The position numbers and the translations under genes are program-made. DNA of 64,000 nucleotides, taken from assembly GCF_006345805.1 (NCBI RefSeq), contig NC_042997.1, positions 172,856,001-172,920,000 of the forward strand, read 5' to 3'. The first letter of the stretch is position 1. Each line of letters starts with the position of its first letter. Below the pieces are notes generated by a model, which ran no database searches, was not told where the DNA came from, and saw only the letters and a list, made by a program, of their open reading frames with translations. This document shows, in pieces, positions 11,782 to 24,100 of the stretch. Origin of the DNA: Octopus sinensis (lineage: Eukaryota).

Positions 11782-12006
11782 TTATATTTTAGCTCGTTTC
11801 ATCGGAGCTTCGTCAGTAGGAGTGTCGTAGCCATCACTTTCGTCCTCGTCTTCTTCGTCAAGTTGACGCATGAATGCAATGGAAGGATGATGCCCTGGTC
11901 CAGCCCATCCATCAGGGCTTTCTCCGTGTTTTCTAGTGTGACCATCTGTGTCCAGAGGAGAGCCAGATTGGCTGGTTCGGCCACCTCCAAGGGATTGGGG
12001 AGGTAC
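11782..12006 (-). CDS. Pbx: Terminal coding exon, most likely the Pbx last exon
   Basis: Acceptor cttttcattgtag| (AG at 12007-12008), then exactly 75 codons in phase 0: VPPQSLGGGRTSQSGSPLDTDGHTRKHGESPDGWAGPGHHPSIAFMRQLDEEDEDESDGYDTPTDEAPMKRAKI*, TAA at 11782-11784. A GC-richer, high-complexity island in AT-rich DNA; the phase fits the 48354 donor. DGW...GPG weakly echoes PBX1 GGW...GPG. The exon is well supported; assignment to Pbx is inferred. The ORF track shows a different frame. Confidence 0.7.
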   Translation of the reverse strand, partial: VPPQSLGGGRTSQSGSPLDTDGHTRKHGESPDGWAGPGHHPSIAFMRQLDEEDEDESDGYDTPTDEAPMKRAKI

Positions 12007-13230
12007 CTACAATGAAAAGAGTGATGTGATATTTTACTCAGTCACGCTAACAGCCATCTGGGGGCTTTCTGAAATGTTTTTGTTTTTTTATTTTAATTTT
12101 TTTTAATTGTTATTTTGACAGCCGAAAAAATATATAAAGGAATAAAAAAGTAAAAAAAAAAAACCAACTAAAGTGAAGGTCTTTTTATCTTCGTTTCTGT
12201 AATCAAATACAGTAATTAAAAATTTTGTATGACCACCTGAATGAAATTCTCTTTATGGAAATAGTTTAAGCTGAAATCAGTGATTGTATTAAATTTGCTA
12301 CTAGAACTGAACAATCTAGTGTTTGGATTAAAAAAAAAATGAAAGTGAACGAAAAGAGAAAATTGTATTTAAATTGTAGCTAAAAGTTAAGAATCTAAGA
12401 TATTGCAGGGTAGAAAAAGTAAAAAAGTACATAGATATTTCTTATATATTATGTATGTGTGTGCTTTGTATATAATATATATAAATACATACATGTATGT
12501 ATATACACATGCACATACTTATGTCAATAATATAAATATATATTATATAAATGATATATTGTATGTGTGTATATACATATATCAGATAATTTCTCATGAG
12601 ACTATCTGTTTATCTATCTATATCCAATATACAAACATACATACATATGTATGTATATGATATCCAGGTCAGCTTAATTTACTTAATAAAAAGAAACCTT
12701 AAAGTAAGACTTGCCAGCTGAAAGACCTTAGTTTTTAGATTATTTAATAGTTGTATGTATGCATGATTCTAAGCAGGGTTGGAGGGGCAAGCAGGGATGG
12801 AACTTAAGGTTTAGGTTTGCTACTCATCTAACTTGATAAATAAAGGGGTTTCTGTCAGTGGTATTGGCTTGTTTCTTATCTTTTTATTTAAAATTTTTTT
12901 TTTTACTTTCTTTCACCTCTACATGACCTGGGTTGTTATATCACATCACTTTTTTCACAAGATCATACCCCAATCCCTTTCTGGCAGCATGACACTCAAC
13001 TACAACCAATATAAAAAAGGTAAAATATCATAGGACTCCTTTCTTTACTGGCTCTCAAATGCACTGGGTTTTTGTCACCAGACTCATTAAGTTTCCTTCT
13101 TTCCTTCCTCTGGGAGATATAAAGCTACAAGTTATCTTTGATAGCAAATTTCTTTATATACGTCACACACACAGACATTTAATCACAAATATATACACAC
13201 ATACAAATAAACATACACATTCATGCATAT

Positions 13231-13268
<38 letters not shown>

Positions 13269-14339
13269 TATGATACTTTGTTTGCTCTGTCTCACTTTTT
13301 CTTTTACAATCCTTGATTTTCTTTCTGACTTTCTTTTTCTCCTTCTTTAGAGATATCTCCATGGAAAAGCAATTTAATGAGGAAATCAAAAGAAAAGAAG
13401 AGAGAAAGAAAAACAATTCATGTTTTAGAAAAGACATTTCAGCCCCCAAACAAAAACAAAAACATTTGACTCCCCTCCCCTCGCCACAAAAAAAGAACAA
13501 CAACAAATAACAAATTGTCCATTAATCAGTCATTGACATTTCTCTTCAACAAACAAGGTTAAAGAAGAAACAAACAAATAATAAAAGTAATAACATATAA
13601 CAAGCTTCAGGGTAGTAGTATACCACGTATGAAGATTTAGAGAGAGAAATCCGCCTAGCTAGCAATTGGTACCAACAAGATATTGTCAATGTATGGCTGA
13701 AATAATTAACTGATTACAAGCAATACTAGAATTGTGTTGCATTTGCCTGCATTTGCCTGTGTATGCTAGTATTTTTAAAGACAGAGGATAGAAGACAAAA
13801 ATAAAGAGAAGAAAAAAAATATGAAGTGCTTAAATGCAAGTAATGTTCTTTCTCATTGGAGATTGCTTCTAGCAATAGTCATTTAGCTTCAGGGATACTG
13901 TCGTATGAGAGAAGTCTATGGGATTGCAAAAAAAAGGAATACATATACATGTGAGTGTGTGTTTATGAAAGTATGTGGATTGTATGTAGAAAAACAAACA
14001 CATGCACTCTTTACCAATGTATGTTAAGACTGCATATCTAGTGATGAACAGGAGTTGTGTGGTGTGGTGTGGTGGAGTTGGATTAAAGGAAGGTGAAGCC
14101 AGTATAGTGGTAATAGTAGTAGTAGTAGTAGACTAATTTTGATTTAAAGACTTGACAGGTAAAAAAAAAATCCTAGGTGGCAACAGGTGCTGAGTGGGGC
14201 TGTTGTTAAAAAGGGACTTGTGGGAGAGGGGACAGGACAAGAACATGATGGTGGCCTGGTGGGGTGAACACCATTAGAGGAAGTGTTGGATGATGGGTAG
14301 AAGGCAAGGAATAGTATTGAAGGATAGACAGTGTGTGTG

Positions 14340-14510
14340 TGTTAAGTAGGTGTAACCCTTGCTGTGTGGTTAAATAGTTCACTTCCCAACCATGCAGTTT
14401 GGGGTTCACGCCCACAGCATGGAACCTTGGGTAAGTCTCTTCTACTAAAGGCTTAGGATGACTAAAGCCTTGTGAATGGATCTGGTAGACGGAAACTAAA
14501 AGAAGCCTTC
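14340..14510 (+). mobile_element. Degenerate SINE family C 5' portion
   Basis: gctgtgtggttaaatagttcacttcccaaccatgcagttttggggttca...cttgggtaagtctcttctacta...gtagacggaaactaaaagaagcc. Confidence 0.6.
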
Positions 14511-16187
14511 ATATACTATATGTATAGCTATAAATGTATCCATGTGTATATGTGATTGTGGGTAGAAGTTAGAGAGCATCTTGGTGTCTTTTGCCACATG
14601 TTGCCTTAGTATACATTCCATCCCCATCCTGGCTTGCCACCAAGGAGAGTAACCAAGTAGCTATAAGATCAGTGGGTAAGCACATAATGATGAGTATCTT
14701 TCCAGGTGCTGATCACATCTGAAAGAAATTCTAAAGTGTAACAAAAAGGACAAATGCAAGTCAAATGAAACTATGTATGTGTATTTATGTATATATGTAT
14801 CATGAAAGTAATGAACCTAAAAAGAAAGAAGACAATGTAGGAGGGACAAGGTTTAACAAATGCTGTATTAGTTTAATGCTTAAAAAGAAGAAAGTGTTTC
14901 TGCAAAAATGAAGTCCTAAAAGAATATAATTTTGTCCACAAATCCGTCCCTACCAAGCCCACCCCACAATTATTCTTCCAAACAACCATTCCTCCATCAT
15001 TCTTTTAACAACAGTACTATTTCCTCTGCTCTAGACAGTTTCCCCACCCATCTTAGAGCCACCACACCTCATCAAAATCATCCCATACCATTTTATTTTC
15101 CAATGATACTGGCCATGGATGCTCCCTACTTGTTTGTCATTCACTCTCCATGATCACCCTATATAGCTCTGATCTTCACCCCCGTCACTGTACAAGCCTC
15201 CTTCCCACACACATTTAACACCATCTCCCTATTTCTTGACAATGCTGCAATGCACCCCAACGTTCTTGTACTCCTACTTATTTTCTGACCCTCCTCTATT
15301 TTGTTTGCTTTTCCCCCAATCTGAGATTATCTATTAATAATGTCCTCTGTTTAGCTATTTACTGAATTCACCTATATCCCCATCTTTAACCATCTACCAC
15401 TCTCCTCATACCCCTGGGAACATACCTAGCCACAACTCCTATTCTTCTGTCCCAATACTCTTATACCTTGAGGTTATGTCTGTCATTCCAGCATGAACCA
15501 CTTTTGCTATCACTTTCAAAACTGCAACAGCCATGTATGTTCTCTTCAGCAAGACACCTGTTCATATACCTCTACCATAATGTTACCTCTCAACATTAGG
15601 CCTAAAGTCACCCCTTTCTACACTAAACATCCAATTAGTCAAGGGGTCTTGTATTGCGAGTTAGTTGTCAATGACACTGGTGCCAGTGGTACAAGAGAAT
15701 ACCAAGTACATGCTGTAAAGTGGTCGGCATTAAAAGGGTATACAGCAGTAAAAACCATGCCAAAGCAGACACTGAAGTTCAGTGCAGTCCTCTGACCTGC
15801 TGAAACTTGTCACACCATCCAATCCATGTCAGCATGGAGGAAAGACGTAAAATGATGAGGATATAAACAGAGATATATATATATACACATAGATAGGGTT
15901 GTAATCCAAGCTTTCTCCTTTTTTCTTTATATTACTACTTTTTTTTCTTCTTTACCCCCCCCCCCTCTATCCATCTATAGGACTCGTGATAACTGACTAT
16001 AGCAAATGAAACATGTATTGGTAAATAAATACCAAACATTTTTTCCAATCTCCTCCTCTGATATCTGTATACATATCATATATACATACACACACACACA
16101 CACACAGATATAAGTATGGATAAGGATACACACACATACATATATATAGATAGCAAGTATATAAATAGATGTGTGTGTGTGTGTGAA

Positions 16188-16219
<32 letters not shown>

Positions 16220-16248
16220 CAAAAACACACATTTACATTTATAAATAA

Positions 16249-16491
16249 GTGTGGAGGCGCAATGGCCTAGTGGTTAGGGCAGCGGACTTGCGGTCGGAGG
16301 ATCGCGGTTTCGATTCCCAGACCGGGCGTTGTGTGTGTTTATTGAGCGAAAAAGCACCTAAAAGCTCCACGAGGCTCCGGCAGGAGGTGGTGATCCCTGC
16401 TGTACTCTTTCACCACTCTAAAGGCGGTGCTCCAGCATGGCCGCAGTCAAATGACTGAAACAAGTACAAAAAAAAAAAAAAAAAAAAAAAA
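16249..16491 (+). mobile_element. Young-looking tRNA-headed SINE with family C tail and poly(A)
   Basis: A-box TGGCCTAGTGG, B-box GGTTTCGATTCC, CpG-rich, family C tail at 16421-16467, A-run at 16468-16491. Confidence 0.8.
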
Positions 16492-16499
16492 TATGTATC

Positions 16500-17120
16500 C
16501 AATAAAGAATCCTGGTGATGCTGCAAGACTTGATGCAATCTACAAGTGGGCTGCAAAAAAACAACATGCAATTTGCAATTCATCCCTGGAAAATTCTAAC
16601 TTCTTTATCATCAGTGTGCTAATACTCCACAGTGAGGATCACCTTTGACCTGAAGTGATTCCAATTCCAGATTTGCAATCACTACATGACCTGGTGATTA
16701 AGGACACACCTTTTCATGTACACATTACTAAGACTGCAACATTTTGCTGAAAGATGGTGAAACAGAAATGGAGATTGTCCAGTAAGCGAGAGAGCAGGAA
16801 ATCTTGCTGGTTTTGCAGAAAACATTTGTCCTCAGACACCTAGACTACTACTCACAACTATGCTCACCAATCAGTACTAAACTAACAGCTGGTACATTGA
16901 AACAATGCTATGAAATTTTATGAAGATTGCCTCAATGTACCAGCTAAGCAACTGGGAAAGATGAAAGCATTAAAACTCTACTCCTTGGAGAGAAATTAGG
17001 AAAGATATACCGTGGTCTAAATTGTATGATCCTAGAAGAGCCCAAGCCAAACTTTGGTATAGAAAACCATACCAATCTAAGAAGTCATCACTGTATAGAC
17101 CAAAAGGCCAATGCAAAAAT
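16500..17120 (+). mobile_element. Decayed CR1/L2-clade LINE, RT C-terminal region
   Basis: Patchy translation: LDAIYKWA...; LLVLQKTFVLRHLDYYSQLCSP...; LSNWER*KALKLYSLER, with stops and frameshifts. Confidence 0.7.
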
Positions 17121-17847
17121 CAGTAACACTAAGTTAATGAAACCTTGCTAAAGAAGCTGAGATGTGTACATGGAGTAGATGAAGATGTATTCAAAAAGGA
17201 CCAAGATAATGCTTTATCTCCAATTCCAAATAAATCAATATTATACCAAATATTGCAACTGAAGGCTACAACATTAAACTCCTTAGTGCTCCAGCATTGC
17301 CACAGCCTTTGAGTTGAAGCTCACAAAAGAATATATAATGCCTCAGCTTTGAATAAATGAAGGATACATTTATCATTTATTCAAAGCTAGGCAGAGTAAC
17401 AGAGAGAAGCTTCTGCTTCAAAACAAGTATATTAATTCTAGCATATGTTTCTTCCACTTGTATATCTAATAATATATATACATAAATATATATATATATA
17501 TATATTTTCTAATCCTGAAAAGAAAACAGTGGATAAAGTAAAAAAAAAAAAATTAATTTGTATCAAAAAAACAAACTAGTGAAAAGAAAAAAAAAAAATT
17601 TTTAATGATCACTGATATGAAAAATTTTCCTTTCAATATGACAACAAAACAGATTTTATATATAAGACCATCATCATCATCATTGTCATCATCATCAAGA
17701 CTGATATTACCATAATTATCAAAATGTTAAATAATAGCAAATTGATGGATCATTGTTGAGCTGTAAGAGTAGAAATTACTGCCAGTAATTTCTATTTCAA
17801 AAATGGGAAGGTAGCCTCTTTTCCTTTTATTCTAAATGAAATAAACA

Positions 17848-17882
<35 letters not shown>

Positions 17883-19290
17883 CACACACACACAAACAAA
17901 CAGACAGAGAGTATGTATAGAGGTGTCTAGTATGGTATATTGTGAAAATGAATGCATGGAAATGACACACCGCTATGTATAAAGGTATCTAATTGTGATT
18001 CTGTTCTGACCCAGCCATTATGGAATTCTTTAAACCTTTTGATACCAAACCCACCTGAGACTGCCCTTGGATTTATGATACAAAATTGCACTTTTCAAGT
18101 GAACTAAATTATAACTTTCCACCAAAATTTCATGTTAATTCATGTTTTAAACATCAGCTTAACAACGACAAAATTACTTTATAAAATTCTGCATTATTTT
18201 CAAAATTAATTAAAACAAAAGTAGTCTACTTCAACAGGAAAACAGTAATGAATGAATGAGTTGTCTTCATGACATTTTTGCTTTTGTTCTTGAGTCAAAG
18301 GAAGAAAAAGATTTTGCATAAACTACATACAATATAATTAACAACTGTCTGCATGATAGCTGGTTTTGTTGTTCATTGCCAGGTTGACCCCATATTTAAT
18401 TAATTTCTTTTTTATACATATTAAGAAGATCTTAAAATTTCTAGTCTTAGGTAATGATGTATAGTGCCATTTCACCCTTATTAGAAATCGTCAGCATGAC
18501 ATAACTCAAGGTAAATAAATTGAACGTTTTATGAACTTTGATAGTTCTTATAGATGAGAAACCATTACAGTCTGGAGGACATTTTTGGAATGTGTTGTTT
18601 TTCATATTTTTGTCTTTATTTTACTGATAAATCAGAAAAACATTGCTATATTTGTCGCTACATGATGCAAAATTTCAATGAGAGATGGTTGGTAAAAAAG
18701 AAAAAAAAACAACAAAAAATCAAACACCATTTACAATGTGTTATGCACTACATTATTAGCTGAAATTTGATATTTCTATGACTTCTATGTATCAACCAGT
18801 TGCAGAACTTCAAGAGTGAAAGATATTTTTTTAATGAATATTTACAAATGTTAGTTTTTCTTATTTAGCTGTAATTATAAATGTAATAATATTGAATATG
18901 TCTTAATGAAACAATGGCAGTGTACAAAATGATTTGAAAGAGATTATTTGTATGCAATAAAGATACATGTACTGAGGTATAAGTGTATGTTATACATATG
19001 AGATTGAAATCATATGTAATTAAGTTCAGGTATCATCACATATATATTTATACACATGTATCACTACATACATCAACACATACCATGAACACACACACAA
19101 ACAAGTAAACACACACACTGCTCATTTCACCACATTACACACACATTTTACTGGTATCAGTCTCTGCAATGCAGTTATTATGGGGCATTGATTTAATTGA
19201 TCATATCAATCTCAATCATTTTTTTCTTATTGTATTGTTATCCATTTATCAAACAGATATCATTAGTGATATCAAAAGATATCAAACAGC

Positions 19291-19500
19291 GAGGGCACGT
19301 GGCTTAGTGGTTAGGCTGTTGCACCCATGATCATGACAGCATGGTTTCAATTTCTGGGCTGGGTCGTGCACTATGTTCTTGAGCAAAACACCTCATATCC
19401 TTTTGCCCCGTGATCACTAACACCTGATGTGTTACACACCATGCACCTGTACAGGTAATGTCAATTTGATGGAGGGAGCAAGCTAATGTATAGCACACAT
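19291..19500 (+). mobile_element. Degenerate SINE (family A head)
   Basis: TGGCTTAGTGG...GGTTTCAATTTC...tgttcttgagcaaaacac. Confidence 0.65.
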
Positions 19501-19510
19501 GTCTTTAACT

Positions 19511-19879
19511 CTATTACTTGTTTCAGTCATTTCACTGTGGTCATGCTGGAGCACCGCCTTTAGTTGAGCAAATCGACCCCAGGACTTATTCTTTGTAAGC
19601 CTAGTACTTATTCTATTGGTCTCATTTTGTCGAACCACTAGGTTACGAGGACGTAAACACACCAGCATCGGTTGTCAAGCGGTGTTGGGGGGACAAACAC
19701 AGACACATACATACATATATACGACGAGCTTCTTTCAGTTTCTGTCTACCACAAGGCTTTGGTTGGCCCGAGGCTATCGTAGAAAGAAGACACTTGCCCA
19801 AGGTGCCAGGCAGTGGGATTGAACCCAGAACCATGTGGTTGGTAAGCAAGCTACTTAACACACAGCCACTCCTACGCCT
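19511..19879 (-). mobile_element. SINE family C
   Basis: Colinear with 3465-3842. Confidence 0.8.
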
Positions 19880-21146
19880 GATTGCTATAAACAAATAATC
19901 TGTGCAGGCTGTTCAGCAAGAAATTGCAGAACATTTATTGCTATCAAACAGCTAGTAAGCATGTCTGTAAACGTAGTGATAATCATACAAAAGGATATAT
20001 AGTCTATATTATCCTGTGGTTTGAGTTAGTTAAAGCAGGGGCTAAAATGTTTGGGGAAGAATACCTAAAACATTATTTCAAACAGAATACAATTTGAATT
20101 ACCATTTGGTTTGGTTTACCATTTCTATTAACAGTTCTTTAACAAGCATATAAATGTGTATGTAATAAAGTAGATGTGAATATAGTTATATGGATACGTT
20201 TATGTCCGTGTCTGTAGTCACCTGCCTTATATCGATCATATATATACGAAAATAGTCTTAGAACTGTGCATAGACACATTTGCAATAATTTAACTGTCTA
20301 TACAGCAACTCTAAGTGAATATAACATGCAATTTAAACAAATTACTTAAAAAAAAAAGAGAGAAAAAAATCACGTAAAATTATTTTGGTTTGGAAGAAAC
20401 CAAAAACTGATTATGCTAATAGTTGTTGCTGAACACTGCAAAGAAAGAGAGGGATGTGTGTGTGTGTCTGTGTGTATGAAGACAGATAGCTATATTCTTT
20501 TACAAATTCCTGTTATTGGACTAAGGCTATGCTGAGACATTGCCTTCAAGTATGTTAGTCAGAATATATGGGAATGAGTATTTTGGAGAGAGAGAAAGAG
20601 ACTGTGTGAGTGTGTATATGTGAGAGAGAAAGAAGAAAAGAAGTTATAAAAAACGTGATGTCAGAACCTAAAGATAATCCTTAAGAGATATTTAGGATAA
20701 TGTGAACGGTTAAATTTATAACTTGAGTTTCAAAGATAGAAAGGAGGGAGAGAGAGAGAGTAGTACATACAAAATAAGGATAGGGTGAAGTTTCTGACAA
20801 ACACATATACACAAATATATATATATATATATATAGTGAAAGAAAATATCCACATGAAAAATATATTCTTCACAACGGCAATTCCATGCTGGAGCCGAAG
20901 AGACCGAATGGTGAAAATACAAAGATGAAAGGCTCCAGACTGTCCTCTATGTGTATGTGTGTGTGTATGTTTGGTATTGAGTGACATAGAGAATGTGGCG
21001 AGATGCAACTGAGGAAGGGGTGCTGGCGAATCCCTGCTATATGTTTACAGACATTATTTGTATGCACAAAAAACACACATGTACCCATTCTTGTATCTCA
21101 CACACACACACACACACACACAAAAACACACACACACAAACACAGT

Positions 21147-21657
21147 CCCTATTCTTTCTATGTGTTAGCATGCATTCTATATTTCTGCACACACAAAAAT
21201 TCACACACGCACCAAATGTTCTATCATTCATCACACACAATCACTCATGCACATATGCATACGCACACACATTCAGACACGCATATGCATACTTAAAAGC
21301 ATTAACACACACACACACACAGAGTCCCTATTCTATGTGTTAGCATGCATTCTATATTTCTGCACACACAAAAATTCACCCACGCACCAAATGTTCTATC
21401 ATTCATCACACACAATCACTCATGCACATATGCATACGCACACACATTCAGACACACACATGCATACTTAAAAGCATTAACACACACTCACACACACACA
21501 GAGAGTCCCTATTCTATGTGTTAGCATGCATTCTATATTTCTGCACACACAAAAATTCACCCACGCACCAAATGTTCTATCATTCATCACACACAATCAC
21601 TCATGCACATATGCATACGCACACACATTCAGACACACATGCATACATAAAAGCATT

Positions 21658-21690
<33 letters not shown>

Positions 21691-22400
21691 CCCTATTCTA
21701 TGTGTTAGCATGCATTCTATATTTCTGCACACACAAAAATTCACACACGCACCAAATGTTCTATCATTCATCACACACAATCACTCATGCACATATGCAT
21801 ACGCACACACATTCAGACACATATGCATACATAAAAGCATTAGCACACACACACACACACACACACACATCCCTATTCTATGTGTTAGCATGCATTCTAT
21901 ATTTCTGCACACACAAAAATTCACACACGCACCAAATGTTCTATCATTCATCACACAATCACTCATGCACATATGCATACGCACACACATTCAGACACAT
22001 ATGCATACATAAAAGCATTAGCACACACACACACACACACACACACACATCCCTATTCTATGTGTTAGCATGCATTCTATATTTCTGCACACACAAAAAT
22101 TCACACACGCACCAAATGTTCTATCATTCATCACACACAATCACTCATGCACATATGCATACGCACACACATTCAGACACATATGCATACATAAAAGCAT
22201 TAGCACACACACACACACACACATCCCTATTCTATGTGTTAGCATGCATTCTATATTTCTGCACACACAAAAATTCACACATGCACCAACTGTTCTATCA
22301 TTCATCACACACAATCACTCATGGACATATGCATATGCACACACATTCAGACACACATATGCATACTTAAAAGCATTAGCACACACACACACACACACAC
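21147..22400. repeat. Tandem satellite, 7 copies of a ~180-bp unit with an embedded (CA)n
   Basis: Units begin ccctattc at 21147, 21326, 21507, 21691, 21871, 22051 and 22225. Confidence 0.95.
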
Positions 22401-23634
22401 ATACACGCATGCAAAGATTGTGTACATGTAAAGGCTAACACCAGACCAAAACATACAAATAACAGCTGCGCTCAATACTGTCCCTGCAAACTCATTTCAG
22501 AAAAACGGCGGTAGAAAAACTGTTCCTGCAATACTGAAAGACATCAATCAATAATGCCACACCAGCACAACGCCACCACCATAATCATCACAAGCAGCAG
22601 CAGCAGCAGCAGCAGACAAAACCATCCTGAGCTGCTGTTACAAGGTTGGTAGTGGAGGTTGCAGTGATTGTGGTGGTAGGTGATATGATATGAGAGAGGG
22701 GGAAGAAGGACAGAGAGAGAGAGTGAGAGGCAATAAAAAAAGTAAATAAATAAATAAATGAATAAATAAAACAGTATGAAATAAGAAATGGAAACAAAAC
22801 AAAACAAAAGAAAGAGTGTTTCTTTCCTGATATAATTCAAAACAGATAAATCAACAAAAACAATGACAAAAATATCTAGTTTTACAAAACAAAATATATA
22901 TATAAAAAAAAAAGAAAACCCCATAAAATAAAAATTTAAAATTTAGAAGAAAAAATATAAAGAACAAAAGGGAAGAAAATAAAGAAAAGAAAGGCTTTCC
23001 GAAATTGAGGCGAAAACAACCAAATCTTGGAACAAAAATTCTTTATTCCAAGGAAGGAGTGATACAACAGCCACACAAGTTTATTCTTGGGAATATTTGC
23101 AATTTGTCAATGCCATAATGCTAAATGGAACTATGCTTGAAATGTTAGTGCCATCACCACCACCATAATAATAATAATAATAATAATAATGATAATTAAT
23201 AATAATAATGGTAATCATAAGTCGTGTTGATTAAAAATGATAAACAAAAAAGCTAAATAAAATTGGAAAGAAAAATGAAGAGTAAAAGAGTTGGGGTTTT
23301 TTCTTTTTATTTTGATTGGTTAAATATAGGAAGGAAAAAAGATATACTAGAGACAGATACGGTTCGCTTAAATGTAATACATGACTTCATGCATTACAAG
23401 AAAAGAGAGGAGAAAAAAACTGGAGACAGTTTTTGGTGTAAGTGCTTTAGAGATTTTCAAGTTTTAAAGTTGACCATTAGTGCTTGGTTCTTGTCAGCAC
23501 AGCGGTGCTGTAAATTTAGGGTTTGAAAATAAAACACCCTAAAAAAAAAAATTTTTTTTAATCAACCAAATAGAAATGTGGATTGACTGAGAACAATTAT
23601 TATTATTATCATTCTTCTTCTTCTTATTATTATT

Positions 23635-23852
23635 ATTAAGGTGGTGAGCTGGCAGAATTGTTAGCACATCGAGCAAAACGCTTAGCAGTATTTTGTCTGT
23701 CTGCACATTCTGAGTTCAAATTCTGCCAAGGTCAACTTTGCTTTTCATCCTTTCAGGATTGATAAATTAAGTACCAGTGAAACATTGGGGGTCAATGTAA
23801 TTGACTGATCCCCTTCCACAAAATTTCAGGCCTTGTGCCTATAGTAGAAAGG

Positions 23853-23884
<32 letters not shown>

Positions 23885-24100
23885 GGTGGTGAGCTGGCAG
23901 AAATGTTAGCACATTGGGCAAAATGCTCAGCTGCATTTCATCTGTCTTTATGTTTGGAGTTCAAATTCCACTGAGGACAACTTTGCCTTTCATCTTTTGG
24001 GGATCAATAAATTAAATGCCAGTCAAGTGCTGGGGATATGTAATCGACTTATTTCCCCCAACCCAAAATGGCTGCTCTTGTGGCAAAATTTGAAATTATT
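23635..24100 (+). mobile_element. Two tandem SINE family D copies separated by (ATT)n
   Basis: ggtggtgagctggcagaa...gagttcaaattc repeated near 23640 and 23885. Confidence 0.75.

Noticed and set aside
11799-11990. ORF-track peptide MEVAEPANL... as the product of this exon
   Set aside because: The frame fixed by the AG acceptor and the upstream phase-0 donor is a different one, giving exactly 75 codons to TAA.
14930-15620. Possible LINE coding relic on the minus strand
   Set aside because: Too decayed to recover any diagnostic motif, so left unannotated.
22457-22700. Exon-like region with a (CAG)n tract and a gtatgt donor
   Set aside because: All minus-strand frames from the nearby acceptors stop before the donor, there is no homology, and it is low complexity.
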